Source: Psychrobacter cryohalolentis K5
Lineage (GTDB): Bacteria; Pseudomonadota; Gammaproteobacteria; Pseudomonadales; Moraxellaceae
Assembly (NCBI RefSeq): GCF_000013905.1
Contig: NC_007969.1
Location: 300,001-332,000 of the forward strand
Reading direction: 5' to 3'
DNA: 32,000 bases
Shown here: piece by piece, positions 18,397-28,897 of the stretch
Layout: every line of letters begins with the position of its first letter
Position numbering within the stretch: the first letter of the stretch is position 1
The notes under the pieces: model-generated
Seen by the model: the letters and a program-made list of their open reading frames with translations, nothing else
What the model was told of the DNA's origin: nothing
The model's database searches: none
Translations under genes and position numbers: made by a program

Positions 18397-18945
18397 ATGA
18401 ATATGAAGACGTTAAAACAACAAGTAGGCTTTACGCTTATAGAGCTGATGATAGTCATCATAATCGTGGCTATCTTAGCGGCGATTGCGATACCGTCTTA
18501 TCGGCAGTTTGTGGTGCGTAATGCTGAATCACAAGCACAGGCACGAATGCAAGAGCTTGATATAGAGCTGAACCGCTGGCGTGCTAGTGCTTTAACTTAT
18601 AAAGGCTTTAAGCCCAAAAAAATAGCAAGTAATGGCGATATCAGCTATGCATATGATGCAACTGACAATAAAACTATCTATGTCCCTAAAGGTAGCGATA
18701 GCACGAATTACCGTTATATGATTGCGTTAGTAGATGGCAGTACAGGTAACACCTTAGCTCCTACAGGCACTGGTTATTCCACCGCAGGCAGCTCATGGCG
18801 CATGTTAGCAGAGCCAAATACTTCATTTAAAAATTCAAATGCTCATATTTTGATGATAAATAGTACGGGTGTGAAATGTAAAAGTAAGGATAGGGCAGTC
18901 ACCATTGCTTCTATCAATTGCGGCACTGGAAATGAGGACTGGTAA
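18397..18945 (+). CDS. pilE: PilE-like type IV minor pilin (copy 1)
   Basis: Prepilin motif QVG|[27 protein letters not shown] and a C-terminal Cys pair (VKCKS...[10 protein letters not shown]). It lies immediately downstream of pilY1. Confidence 0.85.
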   Translation: MNMKTLKQQVGFTLIELMIVIIIVAILAAIAIPSYRQFVVRNAESQAQARMQELDIELNRWRASALTYKGFKPKKIASNGDISYAYDATDNKTIYVPKGSDSTNYRYMIALVDGSTGNTLAPTGTGYSTAGSSWRMLAEPNTSFKNSNAHILMINSTGVKCKSKDRAVTIASINCGTGNEDW

Positions 18946-19418
18946 TGTCATATTTTAATGAATTATCTAAAAAAATATCAAAAAATGATCAGGGCTTTAC
19001 GCTGATTGAGATGATGATAGTGGTTGCCATCATCGGCATTTTGGCAGCAATTGCTTATCCTAGTTATCAAAACTACGTTATTAAAACCAAACGTACTGAC
19101 ATGATGAGTGAGATGCAGAACATTGCTTCAGAGATTGAAAGCCGCAAGCTAGCACAAGGTAGCTATAGTGCTATTAGTGCAAGTGTCAAAACAGATTTTG
19201 CTACCGCCTATCCAAGGCAGGGCACTCAGCTATATGATATAACTATCAATCCAATAACATTAACGCCTCCTGATAATATATTGACCAATAAATGGATAAT
19301 TACAGCCACGCCAAATACGGGGATGCAAATGGTAGGTGATGGTAATCTTAGTCTGAATTATCAAGGTGTGAAATGTCGAGTCAGTATCTGTGGTACTGGT
19401 GAAGAATGGACAAAATAA
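18945..19418 (+). CDS. PilE-like type IV minor pilin (copy 2)
   Basis: Prepilin motif DQG|[27 protein letters not shown] and C-terminal [14 protein letters not shown]. The ATG overlaps the stop of copy 1 (TAATG). Confidence 0.85.
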   Translation: MSYFNELSKKISKNDQGFTLIEMMIVVAIIGILAAIAYPSYQNYVIKTKRTDMMSEMQNIASEIESRKLAQGSYSAISASVKTDFATAYPRQGTQLYDITINPITLTPPDNILTNKWIITATPNTGMQMVGDGNLSLNYQGVKCRVSICGTGEEWTK

Positions 19419-19621
19419 GATAAATAAAATAGAAAAGTTGAGAATTTGACAAAAAACGTCAGTTATCTTTACCTTTCGTGACTCATGATAGGCAGACTGA
19501 CAATTTTTAGTGGCTTGGGCGTAACATTCGAACTTGATTAAGATAAAAAAAGAGAAGCGTTAATAATAAATGGCGATGATAATTAAGTATTTAGATAAAA
19601 AGATAAAGGTGACCATAACTT

Positions 19622-19637
19622 TGGCACGCTAAATGCA
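19622..19637 (+). promoter_or_regulatory. Sigma-54 (-24/-12) promoter of pilA
   Basis: TGGCACG-CTAA-ATGCA is a close match to the TGGCAC-N5-TTGCA consensus with correct GG/GC spacing. It lies about 90 nt upstream of the pilA ATG. Confidence 0.7.
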
Positions 19638-19727
19638 GCATCTATAATAAGAGAAAAACATATTATATCCCTAAAGATAAAAAGCGCTATTAGCCAATTA
19701 TCTTTATATACCCCCTAAGGAGTTCAT

Positions 19728-20183
19728 ATGAACACTGCACAAAAAGGTTTTACCTTAATCGAACTAATGATCGTAATCGCCATTATCGGTATCTTGGCTG
19801 CGATCGCTATCCCTGCTTATCAGGACTATATTGCTCGTTCACAAGTAGCTGAAGCTTTTGCTCTTACTGCTGGACAAAAAACTGCTATTGCAGAATATGC
19901 GCAAACTAATGGTGTTTATCCGGGTACAGCTACAGCGCCGACAAATGGTTCTTTGACAGCTGCTGGAACTTACGCTGATGCTACAGTAGCAGCGGGTACT
20001 GGTGTTATTACTGTGACTATGAAACCGGCTGGTACTGTAAATGCTAATATCGCTGGTAAAACAATTACTTTAACGCCACCTGCACTTACAGGCTCTAATA
20101 CTACTTTCAACTTTAGCTGTACTACAACTGGTGGTACTAAGATGGATCAAAAATACCTACCTAAGTCTTGTGTAGCTAGCTAA
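19728..20183 (+). CDS. pilA: Type IVa major pilin PilA
   Basis: A 7-aa leader MNTAQKG|[33 protein letters not shown]-terminal disulfide loop C...KYLPKSC and terminal Ser. A strong RBS AAGGAG lies 6 nt upstream, and a strong terminator lies downstream. Confidence 0.92.
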   Translation: MNTAQKGFTLIELMIVIAIIGILAAIAIPAYQDYIARSQVAEAFALTAGQKTAIAEYAQTNGVYPGTATAPTNGSLTAAGTYADATVAAGTGVITVTMKPAGTVNANIAGKTITLTPPALTGSNTTFNFSCTTTGGTKMDQKYLPKSCVAS

Positions 20184-20189
20184 TAATTA

Positions 20190-21467
20190 ATGCTTAACTT
20201 TTTTCAAATAAATAAAAATAAAGAGCTATTAATAGCTCTTTATTTTTTGCCTTTTTTTTTAGGTTGGAGTGTAGGGTTTAATACTAGTTTTTATAATGAA
20301 TTCAGGGTTATGCAGGTCATTCTACTACTATTCTTTGGATTAGTATCTTGGGTAGACCGCTCATTTATAATTACAAAGATAGAGCTAATATTCTTTACTT
20401 ATTTAGTGATTGGTTTTTTTGTGTGGGATCAGCCTTCCTTTGTAATCACAGAGATGCTGCTTGTTTATTTAATATATAAAAATTTTAGAATTTTAAATTA
20501 TAATAATTCGGTTACTAAAATAGTCTTATTATCAAGCTTTTTACTATTTATGTTACTGCCTTTATCGCTATGGGAGTATATAAATACGGGCATTTACGAT
20601 GCTAATTGGTATCCCTTCCCATGGAATATTCGTGTTTATGATAGTTGCATTTTAGTACTGTCTATCTTTGGCACTTGGTTCTATATAAGTGAAAAGCAGC
20701 ATAAAAATCTATATCTACTATTCTTATTTTTAGCATTTTTGGCTGTTCTGTTAGATGCTGGTCGTTCAGCTACATTAGCGTATACCGTATTTATTATTAT
20801 AATCGCTTTATACTGTAAACCTTTAAAATTGCCACTGATCCTAACTTATATATCTTCTTGGCTCGTGTATCTTCTCATTACTTATATAGTCAGTTCTGGC
20901 TCTAGTAGTATGGCTATAGCTAGAGAATCTTCTAGTGGACGTATAGATTTATGGGTAAATGGTCTGAGCTGCTGGTTACAAAAGCCTATATTTGGCTGCG
21001 GTTTTTATCAATTAGAGCAATTTCCTCATCTATCTGCTCATCCCCATAATTTATTTATACAAATATTGACCGAAGTAGGGTTGGTAGGTTTTATATTCCT
21101 ATCTTTTATCGTATTTAAAATAGCCCGTCATATCAGCTGGAATATAAAGCAAAACTACTTTGTTATAGCAGCGTTATTTGCTATCAGTATTGATATTTCT
21201 TTATCTGGTATTTACGTTTATCCAATAACACAGATGGCACTTTTATGGCTATTCGTTTTTCTATTGAAAAACTCAGCGTTTAATCATGCCCAGGATTTTA
21301 CTCAAAAGAGGGTAGTAATATCTTATTATCAGTACATATTAGCATTAGCGGTATACGTAATGATAGCCGCTTGGTTTGTGTATATAATTATTCAGTCTTT
21401 CGGGTTTGCTGCTAACATGCCTATAACACCTCCAAGATTTTGGGGGTATGGTTATCTCTTATTTTGA
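20190..21467 (+). CDS. tfpO: O-antigen-ligase-like (Wzy_C) membrane protein, probable pilin O-oligosaccharyltransferase TfpO/PilO
   Basis: A polytopic membrane protein with a Wzy_C-like loop (LDAGRSATLAY ... GRIDLW ... PIFGCGF ... HPHNLFIQILTEVGLVGF). It lies directly downstream of pilA. The true start may be ATG 20310 (codon 41), downstream of the terminator. Confidence 0.7.
   Translation: MLNFFQINKNKELLIALYFLPFFLGWSVGFNTSFYNEFRVMQVILLLFFGLVSWVDRSFIITKIELIFFTYLVIGFFVWDQPSFVITEMLLVYLIYKNFRILNYNNSVTKIVLLSSFLLFMLLPLSLWEYINTGIYDANWYPFPWNIRVYDSCILVLSIFGTWFYISEKQHKNLYLLFLFLAFLAVLLDAGRSATLAYTVFIIIIALYCKPLKLPLILTYISSWLVYLLITYIVSSGSSSMAIARESSSGRIDLWVNGLSCWLQKPIFGCGFYQLEQFPHLSAHPHNLFIQILTEVGLVGFIFLSFIVFKIARHISWNIKQNYFVIAALFAISIDISLSGIYVYPITQMALLWLFVFLLKNSAFNHAQDFTQKRVVISYYQYILALAVYVMIAAWFVYIIIQSFGFAANMPITPPRFWGYGYLLF
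20218..20260 (+). terminator. Strong intrinsic terminator immediately after pilA (inside the 5' end of the tfpO track ORF)
   Basis: Perfect palindrome ATAAAGAGCTAT-TA-ATAGCTCTTTAT followed by TTTTTGCCTTTTTTTTT. Confidence 0.8.
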
Positions 21468-21504
21468 TTAGATTCGCCTTTTTTTATTATATTTAGGGCA
21501 ATGA

Positions 21505-21520
21505 TGGCATAAGCTGTGCA
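21505..21520 (+). promoter_or_regulatory. Candidate sigma-54-like -24/-12 element upstream of the second pilin gene
   Basis: TGGCAT-AAGCT-GTGCA has GG/GC in the canonical register. It ends 28 nt upstream of ATG 21548; ATGs at 21557 and 21563 are alternative starts. Confidence 0.4.
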
Positions 21521-21547
21521 CTATCCAAGTAACCTTAATAATATGAT

Positions 21548-22012
21548 ATGACAGCCATGACTATGAGCGAAACGACCCAAAATCGTCATTTAGTGACTCA
21601 ATCTGGCTTTACACTGATTGAATTGTTAATTGTCGTGGCTATCATCGGAATATTAGCTGCGATATCTACACTCAGTTATCAGACTCAGATTAGAAAAACA
21701 CATATAATGATAGTTTATAAAGAGATAAATCACTTTCGTCTGCCATATCAAACCTTAATAGCAGAGGGTGCAGGAGTAATAGGGTTCAGTCCAAGTGGAC
21801 TCAATATCCCAGCACAGACTAAATATTGTCAGTTTAGTGTCACTGCACCTGCTGTAAGTGGAGTTACTACTGACGCAGTTAAATGCACTATTCAAAACTT
21901 ACCCTATATAGAAGGGCAGTCAATCAGTCTTGACCGAGCTGCTAATGGTTCATGGAAGTGCCGGGCATCCGAAGGTATTCCAACAGCTTATTTACCGCGA
22001 ACTTGTCAATAA
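21548..22012 (+). CDS. Second type IV pilin (PilA-like paralogue, four Cys)
   Basis: Prepilin motif TQSG|[25 protein letters not shown] with a leader of up to 20 aa. Four cysteines are present, including the C-terminal pair WKCRASEGIPTAYLPRTCQ. Confidence 0.8.
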   Translation: MTAMTMSETTQNRHLVTQSGFTLIELLIVVAIIGILAAISTLSYQTQIRKTHIMIVYKEINHFRLPYQTLIAEGAGVIGFSPSGLNIPAQTKYCQFSVTAPAVSGVTTDAVKCTIQNLPYIEGQSISLDRAANGSWKCRASEGIPTAYLPRTCQ

Positions 22013-22044
22013 AGTAATGTAATTTATCATAGATAATATCTGAT

Positions 22045-22086
22045 AAAAAACCACCTATTAGCATATCGCTATTAGATGGTTTTTCA
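22045..22086. terminator. Bidirectional intrinsic terminator between the second pilin gene and fdxA
   Basis: An A-run precedes an imperfect ~13-bp stem ACCACCTATTAGC/GCTATTAGATGGT (two mismatches), followed by a T-run. It reads as hairpin plus U-tract on both strands. Confidence 0.6.
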
Positions 22087-22121
22087 TTATTTTAATATAT
22101 TGAGCGGTTTTAAAACACCAG

Positions 22122-22445
22122 CTACTTCTCTAAATACTGAATCTTACCTTCCACGCCATCCCACTTTTCAGCTTCTGGCATCTGCCCTTTCATCTCAGTG
22201 ATATTTGGCCATTTTTGTGCCAGCTCTTCATTTAGCTGAGTGAATATTTCTTGCCCTTTTGGCACTTCATCTTCTGAGAAGATCGCATTAGCAGGGCATT
22301 CAGGTTCGCATAGAGCACAATCGATGCACTCATCAGGGTCGATGACGAGGAAGTTCGGTCCTTCATAAAAGCAGTCGACAGGACAGACTTCCACACAGTC
22401 GGTGTATTTGCAAAGAATGCAGTTCTCTGTAACGACAAAGGTCAT
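22122..22445 (-). CDS. fdxA: 7Fe ferredoxin (Azotobacter-type ferredoxin I)
   Basis: [51 protein letters not shown] shows the classic [3Fe-4S][4Fe-4S] cysteine pattern. It is 107 aa. A mutS-fdxA neighbourhood is also seen in Pseudomonas. Confidence 0.92.
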   Translation of the reverse strand: MTFVVTENCILCKYTDCVEVCPVDCFYEGPNFLVIDPDECIDCALCEPECPANAIFSEDEVPKGQEIFTQLNEELAQKWPNITEMKGQMPEAEKWDGVEGKIQYLEK

Positions 22446-22537
22446 AGTACTGTCTACCTGTTATTGGATTGAGCGAAATAGAATAGATGAAAAATAAGGC
22501 ACATTTTAGCGCTTTTGAGATAATTTAACAATTCCCT

Positions 22538-25500
22538 TTAATAACTAATGATTTCCTTCAGATGATATAGTAAATCATGTGCCTGCTTTGGCGTGAGGCT
22601 GTCAGGGTCGATAGCCTGTAGTTCGTCTTGTAGGCTAAATAGCTGATTTTGTTGTGGAATATCTATATTTTTTTGTTTTTTATCGAGATTCCTGATGTTT
22701 GATTTCTCTATATTACTATCATAAGTCTGCTGGCGTTTATCCTTTACCGACTTAGCTAATTCATTTTTGTCATCATCAATACTTTCGTTATCTGGTTTTA
22801 GATTGTCTATGCTTAAGTTATCTACTAAATAACGCTTGGCATCATTAAGCACTTGAATTGGGATACCCGCCATTTTTGCCACATGTAACCCAAAGCTGGA
22901 GCTTGCTGCACCATCTTTGATTTGATGCAGCAGTAACAGTTGACCGTCGATCTCACTGGCGGCGACATGGACATTACGGATAAACTTATCATTACTGCCA
23001 CTACTTTCTTTAGGGTTTTGCGCCAATTTTGTCAGCTCAAAATAATGAGTGGCAAATAATGTCAGGCAGCCAATCTCTACCAATCGATTAACGCAAGCAT
23101 GAGCGATTGCCAAGCCATCAGTGGTGGCTGTACCGCGTCCCACTTCATCCATCAGCACTAGCGATTTATTGGTCGCTTGATTGAGAATATTAGCGGTTTC
23201 AATCATTTCCACCATAAAGGTTGATTTGCCACCTGCCAAATCATCAGCCGAACCAATACGGGTAAAGATACGGTCAATATCACCAATATGAGCACGCGCT
23301 GCTGGGACAAAGCTACCGCAATGCGCCAGTAGAACAATCAGGGCGGTTTGGCGCATATAGGTCGATTTGCCACCCATATTAGGGCCAGTAATCATTAACA
23401 GTCTTTCAGGATTTTCATAACTGCCCAATACACAATCATTGGCGACAAAATGACTGCTATGTTTGGCAGGATTATTTTGATGAGTATGAATAGGATTTAG
23501 TACAGCTTCTACAACAACATGACGACCTTCTTTAATATTGATACTGGTTTGGCTGTTATTATTCAAGCCATTTTCTGAGTGACTGTTTTCTAAGCTATTA
23601 TCTAAGATGCTGCTCTTTTTCGATTCGTTACTCATGACTGGACGCTGCCAGTTATAAGTGATAGCAAGCTGTGCCCAGTTATTGAGGACATCTATTTGGG
23701 CGATAGCAGCGCTAAGCTGTTGTAATTCAGCTAAATGGCTACCTAATCGTATCAATAGCTCATTATAAAGCTGCTTTTCGCGAGTCAATGCTAAGCTTTG
23801 CGCGCTTAGATACTCAGTTTCGACTGTCTTTAGCTCGTTAGTGATGAATCGCTCGCTACTTTTCAGCGTTTGCCGCCGGATAAAATGTGCAGGGGCATTT
23901 TTTGCCTGCATTTTAGGCAATTCAAAATAAAAGCCGCTCACTTTATTAAAGCCTACCTTTAGACTGGGTAATTGGCTCTCTTGACGCGCGCGTTCCACCA
24001 TCTCATCCAATGTCACTTGGATATTGTCATGCAAATGGGTAAGGCGATCAAACTCTGCATCATAGCCTGCGGCTAACATGCCACCATCACGAATATGCGC
24101 CGGTGGCTCTACGATAATAGCTCGCTCAATAAGCTCGGCGACGGATTGTACGGCAGGTAACTGCGCAGGCAATTGCTGCATTAACATCGGCAACAGTCCT
24201 GCCTGCTCATGGCTGATACCCGCATTCGTCAGTAGCGTCGTAAGCTGGGCGCTACTAGCAATACCGTCTGCAAGCTTACGTAAATCGCGTGGCTTGGCGC
24301 TCATCAGACCGATACGGCTACTGATACGTTCAATATCGCCGATAGCATTTAAGGTTTCGCGCAAGCTGGTAACTAATGAGATATTTCCCGAGCATTGCTC
24401 AGACTGTTTATCAGTATCTAACAAGCTAGTTATCGCATCTAAACGCAAGTTAATACGCGAATGCTGACGCAGTGGGCGTTTCATTTGCTGCACGAGTAAG
24501 CGTCGACCCATCGGCGTTTGACAATGGTTGAGGACAGATATTAATGACGTACCATTGCTGCTAACGGGCGTAAATAGCTCAAGATTTTGCTGACTATTGG
24601 CATCAATGATTAAATAGTCATCATTATATTCAACGATCAGCTGATTAAGTTGTGGCACATGGCGTTGTTGGGTTTGCCGTGCATAATGTATTAGCGCCGC
24701 ACAGCTAGACTGGGCAAGTGGTGCACCGCTAATACCAAGCCCATCAAGACGCTGAACCTCAAACTGTTGGCAAAGGGTTGCGCTGGCATGCTCACGGTGG
24801 AAGTCATTAGCCGCAACTTCAATAATAGGGCAATTAAGATGTTGACGTAGCCATAGCAGCCACTCTTCGCTGATATCACCATTACTGTCACTCAGCGCTT
24901 CACTAATAATACATTCGCTTGGCGCAAAGCGTGCCAGCACCGTGAGCATTTGGGTTTGTAAAGATTCAATATCATCTTGATTAGCGCTGATCGTTTGCGT
25001 CGTCAAAGTCCCAGCGGCTAAATCCATTTGGCTAACGGCAGCTTGCACAGGTTGTTTGCTGTTCGATTTAGGAGTCTCGATATCAATAGCGACGACAGTC
25101 GGGGTGTGATTGGGCGCAATGAGTGCATCGTCAGTAATAGTCCCTGCGGTCAGCGTTTTGACCACTTCACGGCGCATAATAGTGCCAGCAGTAGATTTGC
25201 TCTTATCTTTCTTCTGCTTATCGCCCATCGTCGGAGCATTGGACGGGTTATTTGCATTGTCAGTGCCAGTAGCTGATTCATCAATTTGTTCACAGACAAC
25301 GACGGTTTGCCCAGCAGCGATCAATCTTGCCATATAACTATCTGCAGCATGAAAAGGGACACCTGCCATCGCAATCGTATTACCTGCTTTATCTGTACCT
25401 CGACGGGTTAAAGTAATGTCCAATATCTGTGCCGCGCGTTTGGCATCCTCAAAAAATAACTCGTAAAAATCACCCATCCGATATAACAGCAAAGCTTGAG

Positions 25501-25660
25501 GATAGTTAACCTTCATATTGAGATATTGCACCATCATCGGCGTATGATCTGCCAAGTGATAGATGGCATCACCTATGACCAATGAGTCAGAGTCAACTGG
25601 CACAGATTTTGAAGTGGGTTTACTAGGACTGTTATTTTGAGCAGAAGGTTTAACTGGCAT
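22538..25660 (-). CDS. mutS: DNA mismatch repair protein MutS (with lineage-specific insertions)
   Basis: [12 protein letters not shown] mismatch-binding N-terminus, Walker [21 protein letters not shown] and LMDEVGRGT. It is 1040 aa, versus about 850 aa for enterobacterial MutS. Confidence 0.93.
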   Translation of the reverse strand: MPVKPSAQNNSPSKPTSKSVPVDSDSLVIGDAIYHLADHTPMMVQYLNMKVNYPQALLLYRMGDFYELFFEDAKRAAQILDITLTRRGTDKAGNTIAMAGVPFHAADSYMARLIAAGQTVVVCEQIDESATGTDNANNPSNAPTMGDKQKKDKSKSTAGTIMRREVVKTLTAGTITDDALIAPNHTPTVVAIDIETPKSNSKQPVQAAVSQMDLAAGTLTTQTISANQDDIESLQTQMLTVLARFAPSECIISEALSDSNGDISEEWLLWLRQHLNCPIIEVAANDFHREHASATLCQQFEVQRLDGLGISGAPLAQSSCAALIHYARQTQQRHVPQLNQLIVEYNDDYLIIDANSQQNLELFTPVSSNGTSLISVLNHCQTPMGRRLLVQQMKRPLRQHSRINLRLDAITSLLDTDKQSEQCSGNISLVTSLRETLNAIGDIERISSRIGLMSAKPRDLRKLADGIASSAQLTTLLTNAGISHEQAGLLPMLMQQLPAQLPAVQSVAELIERAIIVEPPAHIRDGGMLAAGYDAEFDRLTHLHDNIQVTLDEMVERARQESQLPSLKVGFNKVSGFYFELPKMQAKNAPAHFIRRQTLKSSERFITNELKTVETEYLSAQSLALTREKQLYNELLIRLGSHLAELQQLSAAIAQIDVLNNWAQLAITYNWQRPVMSNESKKSSILDNSLENSHSENGLNNNSQTSINIKEGRHVVVEAVLNPIHTHQNNPAKHSSHFVANDCVLGSYENPERLLMITGPNMGGKSTYMRQTALIVLLAHCGSFVPAARAHIGDIDRIFTRIGSADDLAGGKSTFMVEMIETANILNQATNKSLVLMDEVGRGTATTDGLAIAHACVNRLVEIGCLTLFATHYFELTKLAQNPKESSGSNDKFIRNVHVAASEIDGQLLLLHQIKDGAASSSFGLHVAKMAGIPIQVLNDAKRYLVDNLSIDNLKPDNESIDDDKNELAKSVKDKRQQTYDSNIEKSNIRNLDKKQKNIDIPQQNQLFSLQDELQAIDPDSLTPKQAHDLLYHLKEIISY

Positions 25661-26058
25661 GCAGAATCTCTTAAGTTGTCTTTTTTATTTATTAAATAGG
25701 GGTGTTTAAATAAGTTTGGTTAGATAGAAGGCTTTAGATATAAAGGCTAATAATAATCGGTTCAAAATAAAATAGATCATCTAAAAAGTGTGCTGGCAAT
25801 AAGCAAAAAAATTGAAAAACATAGGTTTATAAGTGTTATTTTAACACGTCCTATCACCTTTTTACGTCGGCAAATATCTGCTAACTGCCCTTGTATCCAT
25901 CGCCGTCATAACCATATATAATGACGTCACACTTAATTGGGCGATATTTTATTGGACTGTCTTAAATTGGACAGTAACCAGCCAAATAATTAAAAAAACA
26001 GCGAGTAAAGCGTTGTCATGCGCACTAATTATCGAATATTTCCATAGGTCAAAAAATT

Positions 26059-28839
26059 ATGTTATCAAAGATTATAGGCAGTGTCGTTGGCACCAAAAAT
26101 GAGCGTGAGCTTAAACGCATGCGCAAAGTGGTCAGCAAAATCAACGCATACGAGGCTGCGATACAAGCCCTGTCTGATGAGCAATTACAACAAAAAACTG
26201 AAGAATTTAAAGCAAGACACCAAGGCGGCGAAAGTCTAGATGCGTTATTGCCAGAAGCGTTTGCGATTTGTCGTGAAGCGTCGCTACGGGTTAACGGTAT
26301 GCGTCACTATGACGTGCAGCTGATCGGTGGTATTACCTTGCACGAAGGCAAAATCGCTGAGATGAAAACTGGTGAGGGTAAAACCTTGATGGGCACCTTG
26401 GCCATGTACCTCAATGCCATCAGTGGCAAAGGCGTACATTTGGTGACGGTTAATGATTATTTGGCGGCACGTGATGCGGAATTAAACCGTCCCTTATTTG
26501 GCTTTTTGGGCATGACGGTTGGCGTGATTTACTCGCAGCAACCACCACAAGAAAAAGTCGATGCTTATCAAGCGGATATCACTTACGGTACCAATAACGA
26601 GTACGGTTTTGATTATTTGCGCGATAACATGGTCTTTAGTTTAAAAGAGAAAAAGCAGCGCCCGCTAAACTTCTGTATTATCGATGAAATTGACTCTATT
26701 TTAATCGATGAAGCTCGTACGCCGTTGATTATCTCGGGTCAAGCGGAAGATTCATCACGCATGTATGCGCTGATTAATACCATTATTCCCGTGCTGATTC
26801 GCTCAAAAGACGAAGAAGCCAATAAGAATAATGAAGAAGAAGATTTTTGGATTGATGAGAAAAATCGCCAGATTGAGATTAGTGAAAAAGGCTATGAGAA
26901 AATTGAGCGCTTCTTAATCCAAGTCGGCGAGCTTGGCGAAAACGAAAGTCTTTACAGCCCAAGCCGTTTGCCATTATTGGCTCACGTACAAGCGGCGATT
27001 CGCGCCCATCATGTCTTTGTGAAAAATATCCATTATATTGTTGATGACGGCGAAGTGGTTATCGTTGATGAAAACACTGGTCGTACCATGCCTGGTCGCC
27101 GCTGGTCAGAAGGTCTGCATCAAGCCGTTGAAGCCAAAGAAAACGTCGAGATTCAAGCCGAAAATCAAACCCTTGCAACCACTACATTCCAGAATTTTTT
27201 CCGTCTGTATGACAAACTGTCTGGTATGACGGGTACCGCTGATACTGAAGCAGCAGAATTTAAATCAACCTATGACTTAGATGTCATTGTGATTCCAACG
27301 CATGAGCCGATTGCTCGTGTCGATATGGATGACCAAATTTTCTTAACCAAGTTAGGCAAATACAAAGGCATTATCCGCGAGATTCAAGAGATTCAAGCAA
27401 AAGGCGCGCCAGTATTGGTTGGTACGGCAACGATTGAAGCCAGTGAAGAATTGTCTTATCTGCTCGATCAAGAAGGTGTTAAGCATAATGTGCTAAACGC
27501 TAAGCAGCATGAGCGTGAAGCTGAAATCATTGCGCAGGCAGGTAGTCCAAAATCGGTCACGATTGCTACCAATATGGCAGGTCGTGGTACCGATATTATC
27601 CTTGGCGGTAACTGGCAATCGTTTATTGAAGATATTGATGCGGTTAGCCCTGAAGAAATGGCGCGTCTAAAAGCCCAATGGCAAATCAAGCATGACCAAG
27701 TCGTTGCGGCTGGTGGTTTGCATATTATTGGTTCTGAACGTCATGAATCACGCCGTATTGATAATCAGCTGCGTGGTCGTGCGGGTCGTCAAGGTGATCC
27801 TGGGATGTCACGTTTCTTCTTATCACTTGAAGATGACTTAATGCGTATCTTCGCCGGTGACCGTGTCGTGAATATGATGCGTGCCATGGGGCTAAAAGAA
27901 GATGAAGCCATTGAACATAAAATGGTTTCAAAGTCGATTGAAAACGCCCAAGGTAAAGTAGAGAGTCGCGATTTTGATGCGCGTAAAAACCTACTGAAAT
28001 ACGATGATGTGGCCAATGATCAACGTAAAGTCATCTATGGTCAGCGTGATGATTTGTTGGCTGAGATGGATTTATTAGAGGCCATTAAAATCATGCATCA
28101 GGAAGTCTATAATGCCATGATTAACCAGTTTATTCCGCCAGGCTCTATCGATGATCAGTGGAATGTCGATGGGTTAGAGGATGAGCTTGAGAACGAATTT
28201 AAGATTGCAATGCCCATTAACGATTGGCTTGATGAAGATCGTCGCCTAGATGAAGAAGGCTTACGAGCCAAGATCATCGAAACAGCATTGGATCGTTATC
28301 ACAGTCGCCGTGAACAAATGGGCGAAAAAGATGCGGCTCAGCTTGAGCGTCATTTTATGCTGCAAAGTTTAGATAAGCATTGGAAAGAGCATTTAACCCA
28401 GATGGATCAGCTGCGTAAAGGTATTCATCTGCGTGGTTATGCACAGAAAAACCCTGAGCAGGAATATAAGCGTGAATCATTTGAGCTGTTCCAGATGATG
28501 CTTGGCGCGATCAAGTCTGAAACAGTACAAGACTTATCACGTGTGCATATCCCAACCAAAGAAGAGCTAGAGGCGTTAGAAATACAGCAACGTGAAAATG
28601 CAGCCCATATGCAAATGCAGTTTGAGCATAGTGATATCGATAATATGGACGGCGGTGTGGAAAGAGCAGCAGTGCAAAGCCGCAATGTCGTTGGCGGTGC
28701 TACGGGCGCTAGCGTAGCAGGTGCTATGGCGGGCAGTAGCGATGATGCAGACCCATATGCTGGTATGAATATCAGCCGTAACGCCCCATGTCCATGTGGT
28801 TCAGCACTTAAGTATAAGCAATGTCATGGCAAAATCTAA
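26059..28839 (+). CDS. secA: Preprotein translocase ATPase SecA
   Basis: N-terminus [25 protein letters not shown], Walker [29 protein letters not shown] and C-terminal zinc motif [15 protein letters not shown]. Confidence 0.95.
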   Translation: MLSKIIGSVVGTKNERELKRMRKVVSKINAYEAAIQALSDEQLQQKTEEFKARHQGGESLDALLPEAFAICREASLRVNGMRHYDVQLIGGITLHEGKIAEMKTGEGKTLMGTLAMYLNAISGKGVHLVTVNDYLAARDAELNRPLFGFLGMTVGVIYSQQPPQEKVDAYQADITYGTNNEYGFDYLRDNMVFSLKEKKQRPLNFCIIDEIDSILIDEARTPLIISGQAEDSSRMYALINTIIPVLIRSKDEEANKNNEEEDFWIDEKNRQIEISEKGYEKIERFLIQVGELGENESLYSPSRLPLLAHVQAAIRAHHVFVKNIHYIVDDGEVVIVDENTGRTMPGRRWSEGLHQAVEAKENVEIQAENQTLATTTFQNFFRLYDKLSGMTGTADTEAAEFKSTYDLDVIVIPTHEPIARVDMDDQIFLTKLGKYKGIIREIQEIQAKGAPVLVGTATIEASEELSYLLDQEGVKHNVLNAKQHEREAEIIAQAGSPKSVTIATNMAGRGTDIILGGNWQSFIEDIDAVSPEEMARLKAQWQIKHDQVVAAGGLHIIGSERHESRRIDNQLRGRAGRQGDPGMSRFFLSLEDDLMRIFAGDRVVNMMRAMGLKEDEAIEHKMVSKSIENAQGKVESRDFDARKNLLKYDDVANDQRKVIYGQRDDLLAEMDLLEAIKIMHQEVYNAMINQFIPPGSIDDQWNVDGLEDELENEFKIAMPINDWLDEDRRLDEEGLRAKIIETALDRYHSRREQMGEKDAAQLERHFMLQSLDKHWKEHLTQMDQLRKGIHLRGYAQKNPEQEYKRESFELFQMMLGAIKSETVQDLSRVHIPTKEELEALEIQQRENAAHMQMQFEHSDIDNMDGGVERAAVQSRNVVGGATGASVAGAMAGSSDDADPYAGMNISRNAPCPCGSALKYKQCHGKI

Positions 28840-28861
28840 ACCTAGCTAACATTTCTTGATT

Positions 28862-28897
28862 AAAAAGTCCTTATCGAATAGATAGGGACTTTTTTTA
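28862..28897 (+). terminator. Intrinsic terminator downstream of secA
   Basis: Stem AGTCCTTATC/GATAGGGACT (one G-U pair) with loop GAATA, followed by TTTTTTT. Confidence 0.75.

Noticed and set aside
18114-18461. 115-aa and 78-aa minus-strand ORFs across the pilY1 3' end and pilE start
   Set aside because: These are antisense shadow ORFs spanning a gene junction and are implausible as genes.
19728-22012. Possible Moraxella-type invertible pilin switch (two pilin genes in one locus)
   Set aside because: Both pilin genes are complete, in the same orientation, each with its own N-terminal coding region and candidate promoter. I found no piv-like invertase and no flanking inverted repeats.
24078-25337. 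Several plus-strand ORFs (129, 82 and 75 aa) inside mutS
   Set aside because: They are antisense to a complete, motif-rich mutS and have Ser/Arg/Cys-rich compositions typical of antisense frames.
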